A stretch of 64,000 nucleotides of DNA from Hydrolagus colliei (lineage: Eukaryota), in assembly GCA_035084275.1 (NCBI GenBank), contig CM068754.1, positions 13,082,001 to 13,146,000 on the forward strand. The letters run 5' to 3'. Below the pieces are notes generated by a model. That model was given only the letters and a program-made list of their open reading frames with translations. It made no database searches and had not been told where the DNA came from. Positions 1 to 13,187 of the stretch are shown piece by piece. Position numbers and translations under genes: made by a program. The first letter of the stretch is position 1; every line of letters begins with the position of its first letter.

Positions 1-785
1 CACCTGGGATGGCACAATACAGAGGCCTAAGAACAGTCTACATGCTCAGACAACAAGAGAGCAGACTCTTCAAAATTCCTATACTCTTTGTAAAAGAAAG
101 AACAAAATGGGTCAAAATAAAGTCTGATTCCTCAAATTTTCGCAATGTAAATCCTTTATTAACATTAGTACAGATGTCAAATAGAGTGCATCATAGAATA
201 CATTAACATTTAGAAATAGAATGTACTTAAATGATTAAATTGCCTAACAAATCAATTTATATTTGATGAGTTTTATTATCACTAGCACTGTATTGAGATT
301 CTTTTAATTCCATTCTATGTAAGTACAATCACATATATTCCTCATTGTGCAGCTACTTTGGGTAATTGTCTATGGCTAAAGATATTTTCAGGCAAATAAT
401 CTTCCAGTAATCAGCCTTGGACTTGTATGAAACAGAGCTTCATCAATCGTATTTAAAAAAATGAAATTGAGACATATTTCAAATCGCTGTTACCTGTGAA
501 TTAGAAGACTGTGCATTTAAGCAGAGTGGAAAACATTTGGCAAGCAAAAGTCATTCAAAATTCATATGATACTCACCCATTGAAGTGAAATTGGTTTGTA
601 GCTTTTATGCTAAAGTTAGTAAGTGCCATGAAAGAAGATGCAACCAGTGGCACAAAGTGATTAAATGAAATGAAGCAATAGCCTAGTTGCCTTGGGCTTG
701 TGAAATTATAAAGTTTGCTTCACCTGATCAGTCACAGAAGTGGGAATCTTGTATTACTCTTCTGCCAGCTAGAAGAAGCAAGTTA

Positions 786-1259
786 AACAAAAATAACAAA
801 ATTACATTTGTAGAGTGTCTTTCAGGTTGGGTAAACATCCCAAGGCGCTGAAACAGTCAAGGGTCAGAAACTGAGCATGGGGTGGTGGAGGCAGGGTTGG
901 GATAGGGAGGGCAGAGAGGCAGGATGGCAGCTGAAGGCATGGTGAAAAAGGAGGGTCTTGAGAGGTGGCAAGGGAGGGAGCAATGCGAAGGAATTGTGGG
1001 ATTGAGTTCCAAAGCATGAGAGCAGAGAGGCTAAAAAGCCTGGCCACCGATGGTAGGGCGGGTTGGACGGGAGACATGGAGCAGGCCGGAGCCTGCTGAA
1101 TGAAAGGAGCGGGCAGGTTGATAGGTGGTCAGCAGTTCAGAGAGGTAGGAGGGGCAAGGCCGTGGAGAGCCATGAAAGTGAGGATGAGGATCTTGAATTC
1201 TATCCTATGAGGGATGGGGAGCCAGTGGAACCAGGCGAGGGTGAGATTGATGGGGTTAC
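786..1259 (-). mobile_element. L2 LINE 3' fragment (family A), decayed
   Basis: The reverse strand encodes degenerate RT C-terminal motifs (LWNSIPQFLRIAPSL in ORF 802..1077). It ends in cagcgccttgggatgtttacc...ctctacaaatgtaattttgtt, the same tail as the 15670-16302 copy. Confidence 0.9.
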
Positions 1260-1382
1260 AGTGATTGGTGTGGGTTTCTATTGGTTTCCAATGGATATGG
1301 AACTCTATCTATGTAAACTTTTCCACGAGTGGCAAATGATTGTTTCTATCTAGCTCACAAAACAGCAGTTTACAACATAACT

Positions 1383-1875
1383 ATAATCCTTGTGTTTGAT
1401 ATAGCGCTTTTCATGTCTTCTAGATGTCTCAAAGTGCTTCACAGAATATACTATAAAGTGAATTGACTGTATATATGTGGGTGAAACACAGCAGCCGACT
1501 GCACACAGCAGCGGACTGCACACAGCAGTGGACTGCACACAGCAGTGTCACATGAACATCTTGGATGGAAATGACCAATTTATTATTGTTTTTTTGTGGG
1601 ATTAATATTAGGTGTGTTATTCAGAAAGAATGAATTACTGTACATAGTATTTGCTTGAAAAAATATACATCTAGCTGTATATAATCTGAAGAATTACATG
1701 TCCACAAAACAGACAGATGTGTCCTCAGTTTAATATCTCATCTGAAGGATGGCACTTCTGAAAATGCAGTCAGCCCAGTACTGTACTGAGATGTCATTTT
1801 AGAATTATGAGCTCAAACTTCAACCCCCATGTTAGGTCTTTGACCATAATGTGAGAGTGCTGCCAAGTTAGCCAA
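1383..1875 (-). mobile_element. tRNA-derived Deu-domain SINE (possibly two adjacent SINE pieces)
   Basis: The tail ataatccttgtgtttgatatagcgcttttcatgtcttctagatgtctcaaagtgc is shared with other SINE copies here. 1700-1875 (cctcagtttaatatctcatctgaaggatggcac...gagagtgctgcc) is the reverse complement of the 5' half seen at 38433-38600. Confidence 0.8.
1497..1547. repeat. 3 x 17-bp tandem repeat (gactgcacacagcagYg) inside a SINE
   Basis: Units at 1497, 1514 and 1531 with a single difference among them. Confidence 0.9.
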
Positions 1876-3319
1876 AAATGAATCACTCTATTTTCTGATA
1901 AAACGCAACACACGTGGAACTGAGAACTCTTGGGAAGATAGCCAGAGAATTAAACTGTTGCTGTAGCTCCTGCTGCTTCTGTACAATTCAATTAAAATGT
2001 AGTAGACTGTAATCCTTCAGGAACACTGAGCACACCAGGATTTTATTTTTGTAGGTGTGAACAATGTATTTTGTCTTCACTACTGATCACTAGATTTAGT
2101 GATCTAGGTGTGTGGAAAGAGTCAATAGTTCAGAAATGTAAGGCTTCTATTGTCAGCTACATACAATTGGGTCTTAAATAATAACAAATTCTTCAATCTT
2201 AAATCTATAACAATATTTTGCAAAATTCAGTAATTACCTCAAACTGGGAACATTTCTAAGTCCTCTAAAATTGTTTCTTATGGACATCAAAATAGGACAG
2301 TCTTGCCCTGTACACTCAGTCCTTGACATCAGGTCAAGTTTTGAGATTCCTGCACCTGTTTGCTTGTATCTATTGTTCATTCTATTCTTCATATGACAGA
2401 ACGATGACAGCTTCAAAGGGTGAGAAGAACATGGTTCAGTGGGTCAAGCAGGGCTTTGCGAATTCTCTGTCCCAAGAGTGACAACTCTGAGCTATATTTA
2501 TGGGCAAATTTTGTACAAGGCGCTTTAGTGTGAAGAAACTTTCATGTGCACCTCTTAAATTGGATCTGCACGACAACTAATTAGTTTAATTCAGATTTCT
2601 TTCCCCCTGGCACACAGAGAAAATACAATATTAAAAATGGTACCGACATGAGAAGACAAATCCCAAATTTGGCAAATAAAATGCAATGTGTTTTTTGTTC
2701 CAGAATGCCATTGTTGGATTTTAAATGCAGTCTGGTTTATAATTTGAAGTTATGATATCTCCCCCAGTTTATTGCTTTAAAATGTGAGCCTGGTATGAAA
2801 ATGTTCAAGCCAAGGATGAAATATTACATTGGAGACCAATATTTTATCATCAACCTGCTCATCGACCGATCTTACAACTTTGCTGACAGATAAACAGCAG
2901 TTCATTTGAACATGTAAATGTCTTATCTGCTCTGGAGTTTAGAAATATGAAGCTGAACAATATTATAATTATTCTTTAAAATGAACAAATATTGCATTGC
3001 AGGACTATTTGCTGCTCTGTATTCATTCAATGTAGTAGAAAATTAATAAAATGAGTTCCGTACCAATAGTTCTTCATTAATATCTTCATTGTAAATGAAT
3101 TATTGCTCGCTGCAACCTAGCACTAATATAGAGCCAGGCAATTTAGAGTATAAATATTCATAATATGTCTTCAAAACAATTTCTATTTGTTTTGCAAAAA
3201 TAGTTGTTATAACCACTGATTCCTATTTGGTACCTGATTTGATTTCCAATCAGTGCAATAATGCTCTTTTCCATTATTGTGCTGACATGAACTAGGAAAC
3301 AATGAATATACAAACATAA

Positions 3320-3430
3320 TATAATAATAAACCTTGCATTTGATATAGTGCCTTAGCCACGTCTTCAAAATGCCTCAATGCCTTACTAACTGTAAAATGA
3401 ATTGACTGTATATTATGTGGGTGAAACACG
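3320..3430 (-). mobile_element. Deu-SINE 3' fragment
   Basis: aataataaaccttgcatttgatatagtgcc...tgaattgactgtatattatgtgggtgaaac matches the reverse complement of the SINE tail at 53430-53538. Confidence 0.8.
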
Positions 3431-4418
3431 ATATCACAGAATTGAAGTAGCATATTGCTAATGATAGTTTGTTATCAGTTCATTTCATAATTATTTCATA
3501 ATTTCATAATTGCTTTGTGAAACTATGGTATTCTAAACAGAAAAACACACTTCCAGACAGCTAAGAGACTAACTTCCTCTCAGCTATAAAAGTGGCAAAT
3601 AGTCAGGGCCATTTTAGCAAACAGAATTTAATTGTTGCTTAATTGGAGGCCAATTAAGGCAGCAAAGGCCCGACATTCCCGTTTCTGAGGCTTACAATAC
3701 ATGGACTATATAATCATAATATGGGGAAGCAGTGAGCCTGAGATTGTTTGCACAGTGCTTCAGTTTTGGCAATGCATTCAGATGTATGCATTGGAAAAGG
3801 TAATACAGTATTCTGATAATGCAGTTGCCATTGTAAAATGTGTACATTTTGTTTAATACCCAGTTAGTTAGGATCCGGCTCAATTTCGGGACACACTAAT
3901 ACTAACTATAAACTGACATCTGCAAGCAAGCAACTGAACTGCGAGGAGAGGCTATCAAAACTGAGATTTGTTTATTTCTAAATCAGTGCAGCATCCGGGA
4001 TTCAACTGTGCTTCCTAGTACTCTGTTCTAATCATAAATTACCCTTTAGATAAAGAAATTGTTCCTGGTACGTGTCCTGAAATTTAATTTTGCTTTGATA
4101 AACCCATACCAAGGTTTGGCAGGTCAACAAAACCCATTTGCCGTTATTGGCAGGATTTAATATTTGCAAATCCTTTGTGACGCCTGTTACCAATATTAAG
4201 ATTTTGATCCATCAACTTGACAGATCATCACACAGGAGATTGGATTTTTTTTTACAAAAGCTATTTACACCTAGTGACAGCATAATTCAACGAAGATCAG
4301 ATAATTAGCACATTAGGCGTAATACAGCATTCGTGAATAATAATAACTGGCCTTCACCTGAATCTAGTCATATGGGATAGACAAACAACCTTACCACACC
4401 TGCATGACATTTTAATTT

Positions 4419-4644
4419 CCCACAGTGAGTATCCTTGATGCCTCTGCGAGTGAGACCTGCCCAAATAGCCATTTAGTGCTGAATTATGTGCACTTGTTTA
4501 ACAGTAAATATGATTAGATTCTCTTTGGGCTCTTAACAGCTGTCACACAGAGAAAATATCTATCCCATATGTCTGGACTAGATTAAAATCCAAATCCTGG
4601 AGATTAAAGGGCAGCACTTCAAGTTACTTTACTATCCAGTCCCT
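4419..4644 (-). mobile_element. LF-SINE-like ancient tRNA-derived SINE relic (5' part)
   Basis: The reverse strand has collinear blocks agggactggat / ccctttaatctccagg / aatctagtccag / tgacagctgtt / aattcagcactaaatggc / ggcaggtctcactcgcagaggcatcaagga. These resemble the LF-SINE consensus as I recall it. Confidence 0.6.
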
Positions 4645-5374
4645 TGTGACTGAACACCAATTATAAAAGTAAGCAGACTAAATGGGAAATGGTTTATTTT
4701 TGTTTGCGTAAAAGCACAAAAGAGCTCACCAACAAATCCAATGCCAGATGTTATACATTGCAGTTGTTTGTTTCTTGCTCCATTGGGAGAGCCAAATGCA
4801 ATATGCATCTGATATTAATAATCAACAGACTACAAACTAAATTAATCAAATGAATCGCTATAAATCGTGTGTCAACCTTGGGTGAATTTTTCACCTGTTG
4901 TTTGCCATTTAAAAAAAATGAAAGGGGCACAAAATCAATTTGATTAGTGAACACAGTTTGAGTCATTTTTTTCGGTGTATTCAAACTTAACTTTGTGATT
5001 CTACACACAGCAAATTGTTGGTCACAGCTGAGGTGACAGAGAGAAGCACTGGGAAGAGGATGCTTCATTCTCTTAACAAAAGGCACAAAAGAATGACACC
5101 TTCTGATACTCAGTTAGAATGTGGTTTTGCTAACAACTTAAGACCAGAGATTGGACTAATAGACCCATTCCTGTAAATATAGTCCCATATGGAGTCGTCC
5201 CTCTGAGGCTTCATGCCCATCTACCATTCCTCTCATCCACAGTTAATATAATGACAGTTAATATTGCTGCATGGATCATTTGCAAGTGTGATTAACAGAA
5301 CTATTAGAATAGTTGTATACATGGCTAACAGAAAGTAGAGCATCTTTAGGCACAGTGGATTAGATTTTCCATTG

Positions 5375-5505
5375 AATAATAATCTTTGCATTTTAATAAT
5401 TCATGCATTTTTATATTGCGCTTTATCGTGTCTTCAAGACATCTCAAGGTGTATTATGGAAAATACTGTAACTTGAATTGACTGTGTGTTTTGTGGGCGA
5501 ATGTT
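5375..5505 (-). mobile_element. Deu-SINE 3' fragment
   Basis: aataataatctttgcatt...gcgctttatcgtgtcttcaagacatctcaaggtg...tgaattgactgtg. Confidence 0.75.
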
Positions 5506-6466
5506 GTGGGAGTTGCTTTGATGTGCCAAATAGCTGTTTCATGTTTTATGCTTCCTTATGTTCTTGTAGCAGTTTGAAGAAAGTCTTTGGCATTAGATTG
5601 CTTAAAATGTTGTTGTTAAAATGTCAGGAAATATGTCGGCTCATTTATCCAACATAATTTTCAGGTTTGGTGAAGTGATTGTTTACATTTTTTCATTTAA
5701 AAATTATTTGTGTTTTTGAAAAAATAAATGAGCAATAGATCTAAAACTGCATTTAATTTGAAATTCATCAATCACTTTGAAGCATATTAGTCTTCAGGAG
5801 ACTTCAAAAGCTCAAGTAAATATTTGTTTGAGATGGCCAACGTAACTGAAAATAGGAACATTTGCAAAAATTGCATTTTATTGCAGGAGCAATATAGACA
5901 ACAGAACTGTTGGGTTAGTAACAAAGAATTACCCAGCTGATGCCCACTTGAAGAAACCCTTAAGAATCCCCATTTCTTGTTGTATACTTTGGAATAAAAT
6001 GTCCATCATTTGATTAGTCATCTCTATGCAATATTTATGATGTTTGACAAGAAGATGCTTTCATAAATAAATGTATAATTAAACAGATGGAAAACCTTGC
6101 TTTGCTTCAGAGCGGGAGCAAACATTTGGCAAGATCTGTAAAGCAGTAAAAATATAATCGAAGTTAACAAGATTTTCAGTGGTATCTCGACTCTCATACA
6201 TCAGTTGAAAATAAAGTTCAATGCTCACATGTTTTCAAATTATTTCGCGGCTAAATTTCTATACTTAGCGACACAAGGTACAAATTAAACTTCACAAGTA
6301 CAGACAGTCAACGAAAGATGATCACTGGCTGAGAAACACACTCGTCAAAAGAATCCTTCAAACTTCAAAATTATTGCATTCCAAAAAGATAGGCTGTTAT
6401 CAAATAATTATGAGTCTACAATGGAAGGTATATGTTCATGCTATAAAAGAACTGAAATTTGTATTA

Positions 6467-6703
6467 ATAAGAACAGCAAAATTTCATTTGTATAATGCTT
6501 TTTGCATAGGGAGATGTCCCAAGGCACTGGACAGTCAGTGTTTTGTACTCAAGCTGGGGTTGGGATCAGGAAGGTTGGAGGGAAGATGGGGGAAGGGAGT
6601 TGACTGATGGCATGGTCGAAGAGAAGGGTCTTCAGGTGGGATTTGAAAGAGGCTAGGGAGGGGGCGAGGTAGAGGAATTGTGACATGAATTTCCAAAAGT
6701 TGG
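6467..6703 (-). mobile_element. L2 LINE 3' fragment (family A)
   Basis: ORF 6549..6743 contains LAPSLASFKSHLKTLLFDHA, the L2 RT C-terminus; an L2 tail follows. Confidence 0.9.
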
Positions 6704-8285
6704 AATTAACATAATAAGAGTTTATGTTAACCTTGGTATACAATACTGTATAGTATCAATATTTTCAATTTAATTCTTGTTGGTAAAAACAGTTATTGAA
6801 ACCATTGTTTTCAGATACTGTACTTGCTTTATCAATTGAAAACTATTGAACTCGGTAATTTAACATGACAAGAAAATGGCAATGCAATAACTCTGAAGGT
6901 GGGATGACTAAACTGTAAGTAAAAGATTACTGAAGCTCAGCTTTCAAAGTGTGTTTAAAGTCAAATCAGTTGGAGCGCTGTTATTTGGTTTGCACAATTA
7001 GACAGGGTAGACTGTCTGCAAACTGCAACAACACCTACAGCAACTGGAAAGAAGCCAGAATCATGGAATACAAAAACACCTATTAATTTTATTGTCGCCA
7101 GAAGGATTGTGTTCACTGCACGGAATCTTTTCTCAAATCAGCTCAAAATGTGTGGCAGAGGTCAACAACTGTTTGTTTAGAAAACCAAATATGTGGAGCT
7201 TGTCAGGCCGAGGATCCATAATCAGGGTTGATGCAGGCCCAAGGGAGGATTACACTTTTTTCCCCCCTTTCTCCCTTATGAAAATGAAGAAGTAAAACTC
7301 TATCAAGTACTGTACTCTTTTGTTCAAAGCCACAGTGTGCCTTCGTCTATTTATGCTTTGCCCACACAATACCTGGCTCTTGCACTCCACAATTGGCCCA
7401 TCAACTTTGAATGGAAAATTACACAAAGTAAGCAGTCATTGATACAATGGTTGCAACACTATTAATTTGCACATTCAGGAGGTACAGACTATAAAAGGCA
7501 TAATTACTTTGTCTTCAATTGTGCCCATTCTTCTACAAATAATCTTTTGAATGAGGAGAGAGAAGTAAAAACAGTTAAATTCTTCCGATTGCTGTTGGGA
7601 CGACACATGGCACTTTGGCAATTAATTGAAGAATGTCGTAACTTTACATCAGCACAGTTAATTTCATACAGGTGCAACACAGAAAACAAAAAATGACACT
7701 TTAAGGTTAAACAAATCAGAGAAGCAGTATTGTCTATTGCAGCATGTTGACAAAAATAAATGGAATTTTTTCTACCTCTTTCTCCATCTTGGAAACTCAT
7801 CCTGCCTGCTTGGTGAATATAACATTTGGAGCTTATGCAAGAACTGTGAACTGCATTTGCAGAGTACAGTTCAAACGTGGGCACTGAGTGCAATGTCTCA
7901 GCACTTGATAAAGGTTATCAAACAAGGTGAGAAAAAGGCCAACTTCTGGGGCATTCAATGGACTCCATTGATGTACTTTAGTCACAGGAAGCACCGTGGA
8001 CATCACTTGCCAATGGGTTGCTTGTCACAGGATAGGATGTTATCTATCACTGCACTCAAAAAACACTGCATATGTGAGGCTTGTAAAGTGTGATTTTAGC
8101 AGCATTTTCTTTCAAGCAGTTGTTACAGATTGTTAAACATTAAACCTTTGATCAAAAAGGTCTATTCAAAATGAATGATCAATTAAAATTTTCTTGAAGC
8201 AAGATAGATCCATTTCCCTTCTTCATCTTCCCATAGTATAGCGCTTCCTGATTCTGTCACCTGATTACCTTCAAACCCTCAAATA

Positions 8286-8343
8286 TAACAACAACAACAA
8301 AATTACACCCGTACAGCACCTTTCATGTCAGGAGGACGTCCCA
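8286..8343 (-). mobile_element. L2 tail-only insertion
   Basis: (caa)n followed by aattacacccgtacagcacctttcatgtcaggaggacgtccca. Confidence 0.75.
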
Positions 8344-9623
8344 TGTATAAGACTTAAGACTTATATAATGTTTAAGGAGATCCTGATGAAAATTATTTTA
8401 GATATTGGCTCCATTTTGTTGCGTGCAAGCAAAATGTCTTTACAGTCTTTTACGTTCCTCACGCTTGCAAATTTATTGCACAGAATGAGCATCAATCATG
8501 AGAAATATTGAAAGGCTGCCGTTCACAGAACCTAACCCCTGTGGTTTCATTTGCAGCCGTGCTAAAAACTGTTGTTACAAGTTTTATGTAATGAGATGAT
8601 GAATACAATTAATTATGTTCTCAGATCAGCATATTGCTGGTTATACTGTTACAGAGGAACATCTTGTGACACTGGGCAAGATTAATTGCTTTTTTCCAGA
8701 TTGCAGCCAAATTGCATTAGTTCCATGATGCTCTGTACTAATGCTATTACTGGTGCACAAAGGAAGCTCCATATTTTAATCCAACCATCAGTAGTGCAGG
8801 AATCCTATGTAGCTATGTAAGCGGAAGAGACATAATTATTGGCGAGAGCACTCAACAAATCTTACAGTATCACCCGTTGATATTCTTTTCAGCAGCAGCA
8901 AAAACAACAACTTGCATTTGTGGAGTGCCTTTCTTGCACAGTGGCATCTTGAAGCATTTAAACAGCACTGCCTATGGCAACTGCATTATGCATTGACCAT
9001 TTGAAGCTTGATAGATCTGTGATTTTCAAAGTAGAACCAGTAGCTTGCAATCATAAGGCTATTAGATGGGAGGTTACATGAACTTCCCGAAAGATGATAG
9101 ACCTTGCTGCACCTCTTGGAACATTTCAAGTTATTCACAGCTCGTATACAAGTGGAAATATAAATTCTTTGGTAGCTGCTGTGTCTTGTACAGAACAATC
9201 AGATGAGGTGTATCATTGAACAAAACATCTTGGTTTGTTGAAGGTTATTCTGTTGCCTGCTGCATGTTAACAATCATCTCACAATTGTTGCACATGGTTG
9301 GAATCAGGAAAGAAAGGTGATTGCTTTACACTTCAGTGTATCGCAACTGAATAACATCAATTCTATTAAGAGCTTTTACCCTTTTATGCTGATTTCAAAG
9401 GAACAGATGGCAAAATACATTAGCATGCAACACAGTTTATGCATGAACATCTGATGTGAACTAGCACCAACTCAATGTATAATTCGACCCCTAATGAATT
9501 AATAGTAATGCGAAATGAAATAAACTTGATTCAGGATGTCTTTAGGTGAATTATTAAATCAATCTGGGTTTTTATAATAAAAGACTATTCAAATGGAACA
9601 GTGGGGATAATGGCATTGTCCGT

Positions 9624-9762
9624 TATAATAATAATCCTAGCTTTTGATATAGTGCCTGATCATGTCTTCTAGACGTCCCAAAGTGCTTCACAGAATATAC
9701 TGTGAAGTTAATTGACTGTATATTTTGTTGGCGTAACGTGGCATCCAATTGAGCACAGCATT
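9624..9762 (-). mobile_element. Deu-SINE 3' fragment
   Basis: (aat)n...cttctagacgtcccaaagtgcttcacagaatatactgtgaag...gtggcatccaattgagcacagca. Confidence 0.85.
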
Positions 9763-11479
9763 CCTTTGTTATACTGCCATGTGAAACTAAATGCTAATGT
9801 AATAAATACAATTTAGCCCTAAGATCAGAAAACTAACACTAATTATTTGTTCAGACTTATATTGCTTTGGACTAATATTTTCATGGGGCAAAAAAATAGC
9901 AAGAATGATGTACCTGGACATTTTCATGCAGAGTCTAATTTGTGGTTTGGGTTAACCATGTGGAAATATGCACAGAGCAAATTAAAGGTACTCTTAATTT
10001 TGTAATTAAGAACCAAGGCATAACAGAGATTTCATAATCCTTTGCAATTGGTTGTTAAGTACATAATTACAGGCACCCAATAATATGTGAAGAGGTTGTT
10101 AATATAACTTACATAGAGGCATTTACTGAACAGTTCATCTCCAAGCATGGTTACACAGAGTTAAAAACTCTGAGAAGGATAACATTGGCTACCGGCAGTA
10201 AACACAATTGTAGAACCCAATAATCCAAGCTAAATGTAGCTGCTCAAGGCTGCATTCATTAACAATCCCCTCCACCTCAAGTTGATGCGACTTCTAATCT
10301 GTATCACAGAACGTTCCCTTGACAACAATCATTAAAATTGACATAAAGCCTGTTAACAGCAAATGTAATGCACAGCAGAAGCATGAGGCAAAGCTAAGAA
10401 AAACATTATCTCACAGAGAAACTGAAATAAAAAGGATAAGATGTCATAAAAATAAATTCCTTGAGATAAAACATCTTACATCTAACATCTGTTGACAAAC
10501 TAAAAAGACAACTGGTCTTGAATACAGGAAAAGCAGATTGTAACATAAAGGTAGGCCTATGTCATGGGCGACATTGATACTGGATCAATGAGCTTCTGCA
10601 GCAACAACAACAACAACATTACATTTATAGAGCTCTTCAATAGAGCATGTACAAGTATCTGCTTATGAGTCATATCGAAGATATCAAATAAACACTGAAT
10701 AAACAATGGAGGCAATGGTTTCTCTGGACTGGAGGAGAGAGGTTATTCATAGAGTGAAGGGAGCCAAGATTTGAGAAGCCGTGAAAGTAAAGTATTGATG
10801 GGGTGAATGGCCCCTTCTATTTCAATGCTTTTTTGCAGTCCTTCACCCAAAATAATAACAATCCTTGGATTTGATAGAGCACCTTTCGTGTCAGAAAGAA
10901 ATGTGTTGCCATGCGAAAGCTTCACAGAAAGGAATAAAAGGAATGCTATCCATAAATTGCTTGTGAGTTGTATAACTCGTATGTTCTAATACTTATGACT
11001 CAGTAGATCTAAGAATTTTGCTCATTAAATATTGTACATATTCACACAGAAAACAAATTGCCTTACCTTTATTATTTTCAAGGTGCCACTTTCACTTTTA
11101 CCAGAACAGTGTTTAAAGCGGGGTATGAACAATTCTCTCCAATCAGTCACTCAGAATTAATAAGGTACAATTGTTGTGAGAAACAAGTCACCATTTCTCT
11201 CAAGTGTGTTGGTGTGCAAGATCATTTTCCAATCTGAGCATTTTGTCACCTATCCAAAATCATTAGCTACGTTACATGTTTTTACAGCAAATTAAAAAAA
11301 AAATCATTATGATTAGCTTGCAAAGACTACAATTCCCCTGCAATTTAAGAATAAGAGAACAAGCTGGTTCACAACTGAGGTGATTCTGGTTCCAACATTT
11401 CTGTAGATAGCAGAAGAAATATGTCATTAGCTTTGTGGGTGGAAAACTGGGAGCATCTGCAAGCTAATTATGTCAATCC

Positions 11480-11730
11480 TCTCCTCTTTTCTCCCTCTTA
11501 CTCTTAAAGACACTGAATCTTGCCATGGCAAATGCCCATGGAGATCAGCAGCCCTCTCCTCACCCAAGTGTCCATTGAACCGTGGAGGGAATGACAGCTG
11601 AGCCACATTTCAGTTTCAAGCTGGGGTTATTGCAGAGTATTTTGAAGCCAGGAACCTTCCCCAGCCTACGGGTGCTGAAGTCCAACCGTTGATCCCCAAC
11701 TTCTGCCACAGCTGAGATCAATTCCTGAAA
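11480..11730 (-). mobile_element. Old SINE-like interspersed repeat (family also at 53820-54058 and about 61005-61200)
   Basis: The reverse strand has gatctcagctg...ggttcctg...ggctcagctgt...ggacacttgggtgagg...gattcagtgtctttaagag, collinear with blocks in the 53820-54058 copy. It resembles a repeat common in shark genomes (from memory); the family name is not assigned. Confidence 0.55.
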
Positions 11731-12747
11731 GCAATTGTAATAGGGCAATGTTTTATGTGTGAGTAGAGTAGCGAATGTGAAAAGAATGTCCCTTTCTTTA
11801 GTTTCTTCCTTCTCTGCTATTTCTGGCTCCTCCATGCTTTCATTCGTTGCTCCAATTTCAATGCTCTATATTTGTTCCTCTCTGAGGGCCTCCCTGGTGT
11901 CTATAACTCTTCAGTCATCTCAATCTAATTGATGGTTTTGTTCGTAAAAGCTAAGAATCTGATTGATTGAATACAAGTACAAATGGGATGTGAATAGTTC
12001 CAATATATTTAATCAGGATTGAGTTCTTCATTAAAGAAACTCGAATACATGAGTCAATTATGTCTGAGACAAAATGGTATTGGCAGTGACAGACCATTTC
12101 CATGTGACATGAGGTAGTGGCATTGTGCATCTTTCAAAAAGCACATATTTCTATGGCTTGTGAGTCTCAGAACCAATGTTCTCAATAACACAGAGAAATA
12201 GTTATGAATAGTTTATTTAAACCTTTCTCATAAAAAAACATATACTGTTGTTTTAATGTTACCCTTGTCCTCACATCACTAGGTTGTTTCCAGCTGAGTT
12301 GGCATGCTATTTGACTTTCCTGTGAATATTCTTGGAGAGATGGTACCCATGTAAACCTCAGCTTTCACTGTCGAATAGAATATGACAGTTTTGTAGTTAA
12401 GAGCAGTTTGTCACCATAGGTAATCTGTGCAGCACCAGTTTAGTTGCTGATAAATAGGGAGTGACAAGGCTTGTTTAAATGTGTTGCTGCTGGCTAGAGA
12501 AAAGGCAGTTGTCCTTTAAGAACCTACCCATTAGGTATGAGCTTGTACTCCTATTGTGGGATTGATGTCACTTTGAGCACGTACCAGTAAAGCTCACAAA
12601 GTCAGAAAAGATTGATGAAATAACCATGTGAACACCACAGCTAACTACAGTGTGTATATGTGTGTGTGGGGGTGGGGGCGGGGGGTGTGGAAGTATAATT
12701 AAACATATACCCGTGTGATCAAACTATATTATAATTAGAACTAATAT

Positions 12748-13187
12748 TGTGATAATTACTAACCTCATTAAAGTACAACAGACACATATACTGATCTAGT
12801 TGAACTAAAAGTACTCTCAGTATCTTGGTATTCAAAGAAGGTCTGGTCAACACTCATTTCTCACGGGAACAGACAGGCGTCCTTGAGCCGGGTGGTACCA
12901 CTGACGCCAGCTGCTATACCTATCTCCATGTGACTTTGATAAGTAATTACGTGTGTCAAGATAGCATTAATTTCTGTCCATTCCCTCTGTAATTCAACTA
13001 ATACATTGTGTATTGTTTTAAGTGTATAAAAGGAGGAGTTGCACTGTTCCAAACTCAGAGGACAAGAGCGACTCCCATTGAGAGACGCATATTCTCCTCT
13101 CCTTTACTAGTATCGTATTAATAAAGCGCATTCTAATTATCTGTTTGAAGTGTTGTTTTCTAATAGATAGAGAAATAATACTACACA
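12748..13187 (+). mobile_element. Solo LTR of an LTR retrotransposon/ERV
   Basis: TGTG...CACA termini. Exact 5-bp flanking duplication AATAT (12743-12747 and 13188-13192). TATAAAA at 13025 and AATAAA at 13120 are in U3-R-U5 order, and CpGs are retained. Confidence 0.75.

Noticed and set aside
577-609. 33-nt minus-strand exon with a TACTAAC branch point and GTGAGT donor
   Set aside because: The branch motif sits only a few nt from the AG with no pyrimidine tract between them, and the peptides are unrecognised.
1486-1547. CRISPR-like array
   Set aside because: The units are contiguous with no spacers, and the context is eukaryotic.
2086-2105. Hairpin gatcacta-gatt-tagtgatc
   Set aside because: An 8-bp stem is expected by chance in 64 kb of AT-rich DNA.
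12650-12690. G-quadruplex or LTR start at the (TG)n/G-run tract
   Set aside because: It is a simple low-complexity tract, and a start at 12686 gives no TSD, unlike 12748.
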